Assembly (NCBI GenBank): GCA_019058445.1
Contig: JAHPZA010000009.1
Span: 416,001 to 480,000, forward strand
Source: Promethearchaeota archaeon
GTDB lineage: Archaea; Asgardarchaeota; Lokiarchaeia; Sigyniarchaeales; SOKP01
Reading direction: 5' to 3'
Length of the DNA: 64,000 nt
The translations under genes and the position numbers were made by a program. The notes under the pieces are model-generated. The model made no database searches. It was given only the letters and a program-made list of their open reading frames with translations, and had not been told where the DNA came from. This document shows, piece after piece, positions 1 to 10,853 of this stretch (the first letter of the stretch is position 1; every line of letters starts with the position of its first letter).

Positions 1-486
1 GAGATTTCCTCAAAAAAGGGGAATGAGAATGCTGATCAAGCGATATTAAAAGACAAAAATGAAAAAATTGAGTTATTTTTAAATAAATACCTTGAATTTT
101 TATCTGTAAATCTCCAGGCGGAATTTAATCGAATTTCTTATTCATCATTAGGAAAGTTCAAAACCAATGAAATCGGAACAAAGATTAAAGACATCATTGA
201 AGAACACATCGCCAGAGTAATTTTTTTAGTAGAAAGAGAAAGTGAATCTCTTCCCTTTGTAAAAGATTATTTTTCTCTTAATTTGAGAAAGTTATATGAA
301 AAAATTACTTCAGAATATAAAGCTGAAAAGGAACTTCAAGAGATGTTTGAACTAAATTTGATACATGATTTTGGACAAATCGTTGATCGCTTATGCCAGT
401 TTGAACTTCAAACTATTGACCTTTTTTTAAAATATTTAATTTTAATAAATCTTCACAGAAGATTACAACGGAGAAATCTTTTATAG
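1..486 (+). CDS. Hypothetical protein, 5'-truncated by the window edge
   Basis: Frame 1 is open from base 1 (EISSKKGNENADQAILKDKNEKIELFLNKYLEF...) through the listed 283..486 ORF to TAG at 484-486. No recognisable motif. Confidence 0.75.
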   Translation, partial: EISSKKGNENADQAILKDKNEKIELFLNKYLEFLSVNLQAEFNRISYSSLGKFKTNEIGTKIKDIIEEHIARVIFLVERESESLPFVKDYFSLNLRKLYEKITSEYKAEKELQEMFELNLIHDFGQIVDRLCQFELQTIDLFLKYLILINLHRRLQRRNLL

Positions 487-506
487 AGAATAAGTAAAAT
501 ACTTTG

Positions 507-1640
507 TTAAAAATAAACTTTAAAATTTTTCTCAATAATTTCCTTTGTATCTTTAAAATCTGTAATATCTATTATTTTATTTAAATCTTGAATATCATTT
601 AATTCACTTTCATATTGCTCTTTAAAATCTTCAGTGAAATTATTCAAGAACTTTTGAAGAATGTCATTTTTTTGATTAGTTATAACTAAAACAGCAAATC
701 CAAAATCGATATTATAATTAACTACAATATCTAAATTTTCAGTTTTCATAACGTCGATTTTATCTTTCTTATCAATAAATTCAGAAAGGATGTGGTTTAA
801 TCCAATTAAAATATTACCCCATATCACCGAATCAGAAATAGATTTCACATGCTCGAATTTATATGAGTATAATAATATTCCAGATTTATGATAGATATTG
901 ATGTTATAAATTTTATTAGTTAGTACTAAAAACATTTCAGGTTTTTTTATCAACATGAAAGTCACGCTAAAATAATTTACCCAAAGAAAAAAAATATATA
1001 ATTCCCTAAATATAGGAAAGCTAAAACGGACATATGAAATAAACATAAAGATTGGTAAACAAAATACGAGCGTGTTTATTATAAACAATTTCGTTATTTG
1101 CTTATTTCTCGAATTAAGGTATATTTTTAAAGAAAAATATAAAAAATAGATCACCATAAAAAATAGAAAGAAGATTATAATTAATCCAACTCTCTCATCA
1201 AAAACATAATTAACATTGGAAATGTCAATAATTAGATACATAAATGACCTTGAAGAATTATTAATCAATTGAATCGAATCAAAAAAAAATAGAGATCCTA
1301 TAATAAGTCCTAAAAACGTGGTATAACAAAGAAAAGAAATAACAGGAATTTTTTTGTACTCCAGTAGAAAGGCATAGATGAGCCCTGTATTTCCTAGAGC
1401 TAAAAATCCGATTACAATAGTTACTTTCCACAATAGTTCTGAAGGATAAAGAACAATGGAAAAGAAAAACAATGTTGAATATATAAATCCGGTAAATAGT
1501 ATGGTAAGTAGATTTAAAAAAGTCATTAACTTTGTTCCATATGAAGCAAAATGAATTGATATAGAATATATACTAAACGAGCTCATCATCAAGGTGAAAA
1601 TGTAGCCGATGACTAAAAGAATAAAGAATAAATCATCCAT
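507..1640 (-). CDS. 7TM membrane protein fused to a C-terminal longin-like domain
   Basis: About 7 hydrophobic segments in aa 1-232. The C-terminal NKIYNINIYHKSGILLYSYKF...GNILIGLNHILSEF...FAVLVIT...FTEDFKEQY follows the beta-beta-alpha-beta-beta-beta-alpha-alpha longin pattern common in Asgard proteins. Paralog of 1845..2948. Confidence 0.75.
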   Translation of the reverse strand: MDDLFFILLVIGYIFTLMMSSFSIYSISIHFASYGTKLMTFLNLLTILFTGFIYSTLFFFSIVLYPSELLWKVTIVIGFLALGNTGLIYAFLLEYKKIPVISFLCYTTFLGLIIGSLFFFDSIQLINNSSRSFMYLIIDISNVNYVFDERVGLIIIFFLFFMVIYFLYFSLKIYLNSRNKQITKLFIINTLVFCLPIFMFISYVRFSFPIFRELYIFFLWVNYFSVTFMLIKKPEMFLVLTNKIYNINIYHKSGILLYSYKFEHVKSISDSVIWGNILIGLNHILSEFIDKKDKIDVMKTENLDIVVNYNIDFGFAVLVITNQKNDILQKFLNNFTEDFKEQYESELNDIQDLNKIIDITDFKDTKEIIEKNFKVYF

Positions 1641-1844
1641 TTTTCATTCGATCTACCATAAGTAACTAATATAATAAAATTTCATTGATTAAAAGATTTC
1701 TATTCTCTTAAAATATTAAATTAAAATACCTATAGAATAAAAGAAAGATATTATTATATAAGATTTTTGCTCACTAAAAGATGAGAAATTTGATTTTTTT
1801 AAATATAACCTTTAAATTTAATTGTTATTGAAAAAATAATATAC

Positions 1845-2948
1845 TCATTTAGTATAAGGTCTAAAATATTCATATATCAGTTTTCCAGCATTCTTAAAAT
1901 GGGAAGTATCAATTAGACCGTTTAGACTGCTCAATTCTTCTTTATTTAATTCCACAAATTTTTTCATAAACCGCTGGATGGACCTATCAATGAATTCATT
2001 TTTTTTATTAGTTATCAATAAAATTGCATAACCGTATTTATCATTGTATTCTAAAACGATATCCCGATTTTCCATTTTAATTATACCTAATTTATCTTTT
2101 TGATTTGTTAAATTAGCAAGGATATGATTTATCCCTATCAAAATACTCCCCTTTAGTAGAGAATCTTCGGTTTCTTTTCCCGTTTCAAAATTGTAAGCCC
2201 ACAACAAAATACCACTTTTATGGAATATAATGAAATCATAAATTCTATTGGTTAGCTCTATAAATAAATCTGGCTTTTTAATAATTTCATAAAGAAAAAC
2301 TATAGAGGTGAATAAAAAAGAGATTAAATGAAGATACTTAAATAAGATAAGCGGAATTACCAGAAATAACCCATATGTGAAAATAACAATCGTAAAGTTT
2401 AAGGTGTTAATAAATAATAATTTTGCTAATGTTTTTCGACGTATATTTGCATAGTTTATCACTAATATTGACCACATCAAAATTATCAATGAACTTCCTA
2501 GCAACAACATAAAATAAAATAATAAATAATCTTGAAAGAAAAAATAATAGTTCAGCCCGAGGGTTTCTACTTTAAAATTGTTAAAAAAAAGCACTAAATA
2601 TATGACAATTCCCCCTAAAAATGAAAATATAAATGCAGTGGATATTTCTGTCTTTCGATATCCTATCATAAAATTATGGAGAGAACTCAAAAATCCTAAG
2701 GCAAAAAGGCTAATAATTATTGAAGCATTCCATAATTTTATGGCTATCGCCTTGTCAAAGAAAACCATTGTTGCCATGGAGATAAAGGTAAAATATAAAA
2801 TTCCAACAAAGAAATAAAGTAAGATAATAAGAATTGAATTTTTTTGAGGGCCGTAATTCTCAGAGTGTTTAAAAACATAAATAATTGCTGAGATTGATAT
2901 TGTTATCGATATAAATATAAGAATACAATCAAGAATCATATGTATCAA
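1845..2948 (-). CDS. 7TM membrane protein fused to a C-terminal longin-like domain (paralog of 507..1640)
   Basis: Same architecture. Motifs KKPDLFIELTNRIYDFIIFHKSGILLWAYNF, GSILIGINHIL and YGYAILLITNKKN match the neighbour. The true start may be the ATG three codons in (MILDC). Confidence 0.75.
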   Translation of the reverse strand: MIHMILDCILIFISITISISAIIYVFKHSENYGPQKNSILIILLYFFVGILYFTFISMATMVFFDKAIAIKLWNASIIISLFALGFLSSLHNFMIGYRKTEISTAFIFSFLGGIVIYLVLFFNNFKVETLGLNYYFFFQDYLLFYFMLLLGSSLIILMWSILVINYANIRRKTLAKLLFINTLNFTIVIFTYGLFLVIPLILFKYLHLISFLFTSIVFLYEIIKKPDLFIELTNRIYDFIIFHKSGILLWAYNFETGKETEDSLLKGSILIGINHILANLTNQKDKLGIIKMENRDIVLEYNDKYGYAILLITNKKNEFIDRSIQRFMKKFVELNKEELSSLNGLIDTSHFKNAGKLIYEYFRPYTK

Positions 2949-3042
2949 TACTTTAAAATTTAAAACAAAGTGATTTCTCTTTTCTTAACTTATCATATAT
3001 ATTGTCATCATATAAAACTATTTTTTTTTTAAAATTTGAAGA

Positions 3043-3549
3043 TTAACTCTTCATTTTTCTAATTCTTCCCTCTATCCAACCATGCTTAAACGAGATAAGT
3101 GAATCAAATTTACTTATATACGGTTTAATATCTAAAATTGGTGTTTGATCCACCATATCAACATTTTTAACCTTGATTTTGAACTCATTAATTTCTAAAA
3201 TTTCTAAAACAGATATCCCTAAAGGGTTCGGTCTGAAAGGTGTACGCATTGAGAAAACTCCAACTTTTTTATTATATAAAAAAGGTTTAGATTGCAATGG
3301 CACTGGGAGTTTAATTAAATCAAAATAATAAATGCAGTATATATGGGAGAATCCCTCTAAATCTTTTAAACCATCTTGATATTGTGAATAAATTTCAATC
3401 ACACCTATAGAATCAGACATGGAAAATTGGATCGGGACACCTATTATTGATTTAAACTCGGTATGGATAATCCCAATAGGTGTGAAGCATATTTTGTCCA
3501 GAGGTTTCCGATTTTTAATGGATTTTAGATCTTTTTTTATGATTTCCAT
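3043..3549 (-). CDS. trmO: tRNA (N6-threonylcarbamoyladenosine-37-N6)-methyltransferase TrmO/TsaA (YaeB family)
   Basis: PIGIIHT, GLKDLEGFSHI, GVFSMRTPFRPNPLGIS and DQTPILDIKPY are the YaeB/TrmO signature motifs. Confidence 0.92.
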   Translation of the reverse strand: MEIIKKDLKSIKNRKPLDKICFTPIGIIHTEFKSIIGVPIQFSMSDSIGVIEIYSQYQDGLKDLEGFSHIYCIYYFDLIKLPVPLQSKPFLYNKKVGVFSMRTPFRPNPLGISVLEILEINEFKIKVKNVDMVDQTPILDIKPYISKFDSLISFKHGWIEGRIRKMKS

Positions 3550-3611
3550 ATTTATTATTAAACTACAAATAATAAAAAAGAATTTAGGTATCAGAAATAC
3601 ATAATTCTTAG

Positions 3612-5492
3612 ATGACTAGCTTTTTAGAATACTTGAAAAAGGAAAATATCATTGAAAAGATAATTAAATTATACAATTTCAGCATACAAGAGGATAGTGA
3701 AAAAGACCTTCTTAACAGGATTAAAATTTACTTACTTAAAACTGCGAAACTCAAAAAAGATGATGATCTTGATGTTTTAAGTAATGTTCATCAAAAAATT
3801 TTAAATTATGACCAGAAAAAAGTATTAGGTGAATTTTATACTCCATTTGAAGTTGTAAATTATATTTTGGATCGTACTGGGTATATTAATTCTAATGATA
3901 TTGAAAATAAGAAGTTTATTGATATTAGTTGTGGCTCAGGAAGTTTTATTATTCAAGCAATAAAAAGATTAATTCATCGCTTTTTGAAGATATTAAAATA
4001 TGACGATCCTTCTGATTTAAATCCCGAAGAATTAGAAAACATTATTTTAAGCGTTAGAAAAAATATTTTCGGCGTTGATATTAATCCAATTGCGTGTTTT
4101 TTATGCCAGCTAAACATTCAATATGTACTATTTGAAATTTTAAAGAATATTAGAAAATTCAATGAAAAGTATAGGCTCCCGATATTCAATATAAGAAATA
4201 TTAATTCTTTAGAATTAGAAGAATACGAAAAATACGATTTTGTTGTCGGAAATCCTCCCTATTTGTTTATTAGAAACATTCCAAAGGAGCATAGGAAACT
4301 AATTGAGTTTAGAGATCTAAACACTAATATAGGTCAATATGATTATTACCAGATTTTCCTTGAATTAGGGCTAAGGTTTCTAAAAAACGGAGGAAATCTT
4401 GGCTATATTATCCCGGATTCTCTTTTAGCTTTGTCTCATCGTTCAATCGCCAGAAAATATATTTATAATGCTGCAAAAATCAAAGAAATATATTATACTG
4501 GCCCGAAATTCGATGAACTTGTTGTGTCCAATATTATAATTATTTTACAAAAGGAGAAAGATGAAAAGAGGAGGGAGGAAAATTTAATAAATATAAAATT
4601 GTCAAATAACTGGACTAAACAATTTCGCCAAAATTTAATAAAGAAATGGGACTACAAGTTCCTAATACATCTAAATGATTTAGATATATCCATTCTTGAG
4701 TATATAAATAAATATTTCCCCAAACTGAAAGATTTAAGTAATGATCAGAATTATAAGATTCTTTTAAGTAGAGGCGTAGAGCTAGGGAAAGGGGGAAATA
4801 TTATATATTGTAAGAAATGTAATAAGTTTTATCCTCTTCCAAAAAAACACTTAATTTGTCCAAATTGTAAATCTCAGTTAAGCCATGAGCATATCAAAAG
4901 TATTATATATTCTAAAATACCCGAGGATGAAGAAGGAGTTTTTAAAAAGTTTTTATACTCTATAAACCGATATGAGATAAAAGATAATAAATACATCGAT
5001 GTGAGCAAAAAAGGAATTAGTTATAAGGATCCCAAAATCTATAAGAATCGAATTATCATTAGACAACTTAGCCAAAATAACTTGATATGCGCTACTTATG
5101 ACCAAGAATTCTCACTCACCTCTCAATCGGTTTATAATCTGAAAATTTTAGAATCTCCGATACAAGAATTTAATCATTTTTATCTCCTTGGCACTATTAA
5201 TTCTCAACTATTATCTTATTATTTTATCAAATCATTTGGATCTTACAAAAAACTTTTTCCGAGAATTTTAATTGAAAAAATTAATCAACTACCAATCAAA
5301 ATTCCTAAAACCGAAAGAGAGAGGAATGATGCTAAGATACTTATAACTAAAATAAAAAAATTACTTATTCATTATGAGGAAAAGATTCAAAATGAAGTCG
5401 ATTCCCTGGTTTTTGATTTATATGGTATTAGCATGGAGCAAAGAAAATATATACGAAATGTACTCAAAAATCCTATTTTTGATAAAGCCTAA
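3612..5492 (+). CDS. N6-adenine DNA methyltransferase, gamma class (Eco57I/TaqI-like) with C-terminal TRD; no adjacent endonuclease
   Basis: GEFYTP (motif X), DISCGSGSF (motif I), GVDINPIA, VVGNPPY (motif IV), YIIPDS, and a TaqI_C-like tail (IIIRQL...LGTINSQLLSYYF...QLPIKIP). Confidence 0.9.
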   Translation: MTSFLEYLKKENIIEKIIKLYNFSIQEDSEKDLLNRIKIYLLKTAKLKKDDDLDVLSNVHQKILNYDQKKVLGEFYTPFEVVNYILDRTGYINSNDIENKKFIDISCGSGSFIIQAIKRLIHRFLKILKYDDPSDLNPEELENIILSVRKNIFGVDINPIACFLCQLNIQYVLFEILKNIRKFNEKYRLPIFNIRNINSLELEEYEKYDFVVGNPPYLFIRNIPKEHRKLIEFRDLNTNIGQYDYYQIFLELGLRFLKNGGNLGYIIPDSLLALSHRSIARKYIYNAAKIKEIYYTGPKFDELVVSNIIIILQKEKDEKRREENLINIKLSNNWTKQFRQNLIKKWDYKFLIHLNDLDISILEYINKYFPKLKDLSNDQNYKILLSRGVELGKGGNIIYCKKCNKFYPLPKKHLICPNCKSQLSHEHIKSIIYSKIPEDEEGVFKKFLYSINRYEIKDNKYIDVSKKGISYKDPKIYKNRIIIRQLSQNNLICATYDQEFSLTSQSVYNLKILESPIQEFNHFYLLGTINSQLLSYYFIKSFGSYKKLFPRILIEKINQLPIKIPKTERERNDAKILITKIKKLLIHYEEKIQNEVDSLVFDLYGISMEQRKYIRNVLKNPIFDKA

Positions 5493-5591
5493 ATAATATA
5501 CAATTTTAAAGCATGATATCATTTTTATTAAAATGTAAATTAAATTGATCATTTAATCTAGTACAGATTAAAAATAAATTAGTATTGTGAA

Positions 5592-6179
5592 GTGAATATA
5601 AGTTTGGAAAGAATAGCAAAAATGACCCGAAAAACAACGGAAACAGAGATATTAGTTGAATTAAATTTAGATGGTACAGGGAAATTTGAAATTAACACTG
5701 GTCTTAAATTTATGGATCATATGTTAATATTATTGTCAAGACACTCGGGTATTGACCTAAAAGTTAAAGCTTCAGGCGATTTAACGCATCATATAATTGA
5801 GGATATCGGAATCTTAATTGGTGAATGCTTTATTAATGCTTTAGGAGATAAAAAAGGGATTAATAGATATGGATCAGCATTTATCCCAATGGATGACTCG
5901 CTCGCCAGATGTGTAATAGATTTTTCTGGTCGTAAAGCATTAATTTTAGAATTAAAGTTAAATGAGGAGTGTGATATAGAAGATGTCGCGATTGAGGATA
6001 TCAGACATTTTTTTAATTCTTTTGCTGAAAATGCTAAGATAAATCTCCATCTCCATCTTTTATATGGAGAAGATCAACACCACAAGGTTGAAGCGGCTTT
6101 TAAAGCATTAGCAAAGGCTATAAAAAAGGCAGTGAAAATAACTTCAAATGAAATTCCATCAACTAAAGGAGTCCTTTAA
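5592..6179 (+). CDS. hisB: Imidazoleglycerol-phosphate dehydratase
   Basis: RKTTETEI, TGLKFMDHML, HHIIEDIGI, PMDDSL, HHKVEAAFKA and C-terminal IPSTKGVL. Confidence 0.97.
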   Translation: MNISLERIAKMTRKTTETEILVELNLDGTGKFEINTGLKFMDHMLILLSRHSGIDLKVKASGDLTHHIIEDIGILIGECFINALGDKKGINRYGSAFIPMDDSLARCVIDFSGRKALILELKLNEECDIEDVAIEDIRHFFNSFAENAKINLHLHLLYGEDQHHKVEAAFKALAKAIKKAVKITSNEIPSTKGVL

Positions 6180-6288
6180 TCCTTTAGCAAATTTTAATTA
6201 ATACACCAATTTTACTTTTAATGCAACATTTTTATTTAAAGTCATCTAATATTTTTTTATTCAGATAATATTTTTCTAGTGACATTTT

Positions 6289-7518
6289 ATGGGATTTAAA
6301 GATTTAAAAAGACTTTTACAAAAAGAAAATTACTTCTTCTTGATATTAATTATTTGGCTCTTAGTTGGTTATACCTTTCTTCATTTTAATATTGAATTTC
6401 AAATTCTTGGTTTTATCATTAATGGAATTGTTATATATCTTCCATTGTTAATTATTTGTATAGTTTTATTCTTGATTGCTTTCTTTTTACAGGCAGATAT
6501 TAAAAAATTAAAGCGCAATACAATACTAAAGGGTATTGGAGTTTTGATTATCGTCGCCATTATTTTTTTCTTTTTAGGAGAAGATATTCTATATCTTATT
6601 GGGGTTACGACTTTTATCGTCTCCTTTATCTTTTATATATTTATTACTTCAATCTTCAGTATGTATTACTGTTATAAGTATGGAATTTCTTTAGATGATA
6701 CGTTCTATAAATTGCCAACACCTGTAGCTTTTACGTGGAGATGGCTTATCTTTTTAGTTGGGACTGCAGCAGCAATTGCATTAATATTATTTATCGGGGC
6801 TGTATCTGTGGGTACAACAAAAATTATTGTGATCGTAGTTATTGGAGGTCAAGAATTTTATATTCATCGATTCGTTGAAATCATTCCATATATCATAGTT
6901 GGAATAATAATCGGTTTGGTAGCGATTTCTTTATTAGCTTTGCTTTTGCAAAAAAATCATCCATTTAACGCATGGTTAGGACTTTTCGTCTTATTTTCCT
7001 CTCTATATGGCGCTGTTTTAATGGTTAATGCTTTTTTAGGTGGTGAAGTAGCTAATGTAAGTCCCATTTTAGACAATCCATTTACTTATGTCATACTTTT
7101 TATTTTTGATGTGTTTCTGATTTTATATACAATTAGCTGCCTAATTGGAAGCAAAGCAGAGATAATTTTGGATTTAAAAATATTTAAACCTATCAAACCA
7201 GATGGTATTTTGATATTTTTAATCCTATGTAAAGTTGCTTATGAATTCGGTACATATTTCCTTGCTGACAATGAAGTTATTGGAGTGAATGCGGTTTTGT
7301 TAAAGAATGTAGCCGTGTTCTTTTTATTTTTACCTCTTATGATAATCATGGGACTTGTTGGTATATTCCAATACGATAAGATAAAAAAGGAAAGAAAAGA
7401 CGAAAAATTTGCTAAAAAAGCGCGAAAATCGAGAGATAAAGAAAGAAAGAAAAGAATTAAGGAGAGAGAAAAAGAAAAGAGAGCACTTGAAAAGCAAAGA
7501 AAGAAAGAAAAAAAATAA
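6289..7518 (+). CDS. Multi-pass membrane protein (about 10 TM) with a highly charged Lys/Glu/Arg C-terminal tail
   Basis: 409-aa ORF with repeated hydrophobic segments; ends KKERKDEKFAKKARKSRDKERKKRIKEREKEKRALEKQRKKEKK. Confidence 0.8.
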   Translation: MGFKDLKRLLQKENYFFLILIIWLLVGYTFLHFNIEFQILGFIINGIVIYLPLLIICIVLFLIAFFLQADIKKLKRNTILKGIGVLIIVAIIFFFLGEDILYLIGVTTFIVSFIFYIFITSIFSMYYCYKYGISLDDTFYKLPTPVAFTWRWLIFLVGTAAAIALILFIGAVSVGTTKIIVIVVIGGQEFYIHRFVEIIPYIIVGIIIGLVAISLLALLLQKNHPFNAWLGLFVLFSSLYGAVLMVNAFLGGEVANVSPILDNPFTYVILFIFDVFLILYTISCLIGSKAEIILDLKIFKPIKPDGILIFLILCKVAYEFGTYFLADNEVIGVNAVLLKNVAVFFLFLPLMIIMGLVGIFQYDKIKKERKDEKFAKKARKSRDKERKKRIKEREKEKRALEKQRKKEKK

Positions 7519-7668
7519 AAAATAATTTCATGAAAATACAATTCCCGAAATATTAACGATTAATTGATAGAATATCAAATAAATTAAGGCAAAATAACGA
7601 TCATCAACAAATAATAAGAATAGCAATCTAATATCGCGTTATTCTGAAGATTTAACTTTTAAACGAGA

Positions 7669-10600
7669 ATGAATAAGTTGCTAGATTTGTGTTTTATTCC
7701 CTCAGAATATTGGAATGAGCCTTCGAGTGAATTTAGATTAATTAATAATGAAAAACCACTTCCGCAAAACGTAAATTTTTTCTTTTTATGGTCGTCTTCA
7801 AAGAGTTCTGAAAAGGATTTAGTTAAAAATATTAACCATATTTTTCCTGAAATCCCTGTTAATAAATTAAGAAGTTGTAAGATTAATCTTGCATTGCCTT
7901 CAGATGGAAATTTTTTCGAAATCAAATGTATACTTGGGAAAATTTTACCCATTCCTCCTGCAATTAATTTACTATATCAATTAAATATCAGAGAGGGTAT
8001 TGAAAAGATTAAAAATCATTATAACAATTCCATTAAGACTTATGCCTTTTTGACGAAGCTTATATTTGAACTTTTATCAAGAGGAGCTTTTGTACCGGTT
8101 TTGGAACCATATAATGAACAGAAATTTATTGGGAAGTGGCGAGTATTATTAAAAACTCAAGAAGATAATGAGCGATTTAAAACAATATTAGCTAATTGCC
8201 ACTGGAAAGCGCATAATTTACCGATTGATTTCAAAATAGAGAGAACAGGTAAAAATCAGAAGAAAATTTATAAAACTAATGGACTGTGGCATCCATCTTA
8301 TATATTTTTCAAATTTTTAGATATAGTAGGGGATTCTCTTATTAGGATTACATTAAATAAAACTAACTTTCTAACTTTTAAACAATTCTATAGCTCTGAG
8401 TTCAAAAAAGAAAAAGATACCGATTATGATTTGCTTTGGGATTTTAAATTTCTTAGATCTTTAATAGAAAAAGATCCTAGTTTTCAAATAACACGGTTTC
8501 ATGAAACAATTTTACCTAAAATTATAAAAAATTGGGTCCAGATTACCCAAGGATTCGCTTATAAGGAGGGAATTTCATTTACGCTTAAACTAGACTACCC
8601 TAAGGAGTCAAATAAGGAATGGCCATTAAGATTTTTCATAAATATTCGAGATAATGTTCCTATCTCCTTAAAAGAGTTCTGGGAGGGAAATTTCGAAAAC
8701 ACATCTGAAATAGATAAGATATTTAATAGTAAAGAAAAACTCATTGAAATAATCTTAAGAGCCTTAGGAACAGCTTCCAAATTATTTCCACCAATAAAAA
8801 CTGTATTAGAAACACGATTTCCAAACCAAATTATGCTCTCTTCTTCAGAAGTTATAGATTTTTTAAAATATCCAAAAGATCTATTAATTCAGAGCGGATT
8901 TAATATCAAATTACCTGAAGTTTTTACCATAGGTGGAAAACAACGATTATCTGCGAGGTTAATTATTCGTTCAAAAGAACAAAAAAAATCAAAAGTTAGT
9001 ACCACTAAATTACCTTCTTTATTTGATATTAACTCAATGTTGGAATATAAATGGGAAGCCCAAATTAAAGGAAAGACACTTACCAATGAAGAGTTTAAAA
9101 ATTTAATAGAAAATAAAGAACCACTCATAAATTGGCAGGGAGAATGGATAGTTATTGACCAGCATGATATAAATGAATTGAGTAATGTATTTGATAAAAA
9201 TTTGGATAGTGGAATCAAAAATTATATGGAGGCATTAAAATTAGGATTAACAGGTAATATACAACTTGAAGAAAATGGAATAGATTACGAAGTTGTTGTA
9301 GAAGGGGAATTTAAAGAACTCATAGAAAGAATTAGTTCAATTGAGAATTTTACAACAATAGCTAGTCCCCAATCATTTAACGGGACATTAAGACCATATC
9401 AGCAAACCGCGCTTACGTGGATGGGGAATATGAGTATGTTTAATTTTGGTCTTTGTTTAGCTGATGATATGGGGTTGGGAAAAACGATCCAAGTAATTGC
9501 ATTTCTTTTACATCTCAAAGAAACCTATCCGAAGGAACCTGGGAGTGTTTTAATTATATGTCCTACTTCTGTATTATTTAATTGGTCTCGGGAATTAAAA
9601 AGATTCGCGCCAGATTTAGAAGTATTGTTTCATCATGGACCTGAACGGCATAATGATGCATCAGATATCCCTGAATTTTTAGTACCTCATAGGATTTTTT
9701 TGACTACATTTGGCACTCTTAGAAATGACATTGACTTTTTAGAAACAATTAATTTCAGTGGAATTATTGTAGATGAGATTCAAAATATTAAGAATTTTAG
9801 TTCAAAACAGACAAAAGCAGTATATAAATTGCAAGGGAAGTATAAACTAGGCTTAAGCGGGACTCCAATAGAAAATCGATTGATGGAACTATGGACATTA
9901 TTTGAATTTTTGAATCCAGGTTTGTTAGGAAATAGAAATAAATTTCAAGAAAATTTTATCATTCCTATTGAACGATATCAGGATCAAGATACTATTGAAA
10001 AGCTTAAAAAACTAATTTCACCTTTTTTATTACGCCGATTAAAAACAGACAAGTCTATAATAAAGGATTTACCTGAAAAAAATGAAATTAAGATTTATGT
10101 TGAACTTAGTGAAATCCAAGCAAAGTTGTATAAAGAAATTATCGATAAAACCTTAAAAGATTTAGAAAGTATCATTTCTGACAAAATGAACGTCCTAACT
10201 TTATTAGTTAAATTAAAACAGTTATGTAACCATCCATACCAATATCTAAAAAAATCACTTCCATCCTTTGATAATGGTATAAAAATGAAAGATTTTATAG
10301 AAGAGTCTTATAAATTGGAAAGATTAATGGAAATGGTTGAGATAGTAATCTCTAATGGTGAGAAAGCCCTAATTTTTACTCAATTCAAGCAAATGGGAGA
10401 TCTTATTTATGGAATTCTAAAGAGAAAGTATGAATCCAATATTCTATTCTTTCATGGGGGGGTTCCTGAAAAAAAAAGAAGAGAACTTGTAGATGAGTTT
10501 CAATCTAATAAGAGTGAAAGTGCTCCAATTATGATTCTCTCCTTAAAAGCAGGAGGGACAGGATTAAATTTAACACAAGCTACCACAGTTTTTCATTTTG

Positions 10601-10839
10601 ATCGTTGGTGGAATCCAGCAGTTGAAGATCAGGCGACAGATCGAGCTTATCGTATTGGACAGAAATCTCCTGTCAATGTTTATAAATTTATCACAAATGG
10701 GACGATAGAAGAAAAAATCGATGCATTATTGGAAGAAAAAAGAGACCTTGCTGATAAAATTGTCTCATCCTCAGGAGAATCCTGGATATCAGACTTAGAT
10801 CTTGAAAAAATTAAAGATTTATTCACATTAGATTATTAA
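7669..10839 (+). CDS. SNF2/SWI2-family helicase-like ATPase (prokaryotic type, DUF3670-like N-terminal region)
   Basis: LRPYQ, LADDMGLGKTIQ (Walker A), DEIQNIKN (DEAQ-like Walker B), LSGTPIENRLMELW, LKQLCNHP, SLKAGGTGLNLT, WWNPAVEDQATDRAYRIGQ. Confidence 0.95.
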   Translation: MNKLLDLCFIPSEYWNEPSSEFRLINNEKPLPQNVNFFFLWSSSKSSEKDLVKNINHIFPEIPVNKLRSCKINLALPSDGNFFEIKCILGKILPIPPAINLLYQLNIREGIEKIKNHYNNSIKTYAFLTKLIFELLSRGAFVPVLEPYNEQKFIGKWRVLLKTQEDNERFKTILANCHWKAHNLPIDFKIERTGKNQKKIYKTNGLWHPSYIFFKFLDIVGDSLIRITLNKTNFLTFKQFYSSEFKKEKDTDYDLLWDFKFLRSLIEKDPSFQITRFHETILPKIIKNWVQITQGFAYKEGISFTLKLDYPKESNKEWPLRFFINIRDNVPISLKEFWEGNFENTSEIDKIFNSKEKLIEIILRALGTASKLFPPIKTVLETRFPNQIMLSSSEVIDFLKYPKDLLIQSGFNIKLPEVFTIGGKQRLSARLIIRSKEQKKSKVSTTKLPSLFDINSMLEYKWEAQIKGKTLTNEEFKNLIENKEPLINWQGEWIVIDQHDINELSNVFDKNLDSGIKNYMEALKLGLTGNIQLEENGIDYEVVVEGEFKELIERISSIENFTTIASPQSFNGTLRPYQQTALTWMGNMSMFNFGLCLADDMGLGKTIQVIAFLLHLKETYPKEPGSVLIICPTSVLFNWSRELKRFAPDLEVLFHHGPERHNDASDIPEFLVPHRIFLTTFGTLRNDIDFLETINFSGIIVDEIQNIKNFSSKQTKAVYKLQGKYKLGLSGTPIENRLMELWTLFEFLNPGLLGNRNKFQENFIIPIERYQDQDTIEKLKKLISPFLLRRLKTDKSIIKDLPEKNEIKIYVELSEIQAKLYKEIIDKTLKDLESIISDKMNVLTLLVKLKQLCNHPYQYLKKSLPSFDNGIKMKDFIEESYKLERLMEMVEIVISNGEKALIFTQFKQMGDLIYGILKRKYESNILFFHGGVPEKKRRELVDEFQSNKSESAPIMILSLKAGGTGLNLTQATTVFHFDRWWNPAVEDQATDRAYRIGQKSPVNVYKFITNGTIEEKIDALLEEKRDLADKIVSSSGESWISDLDLEKIKDLFTLDY

Positions 10840-10853
10840 GGAGCTAATTAATT

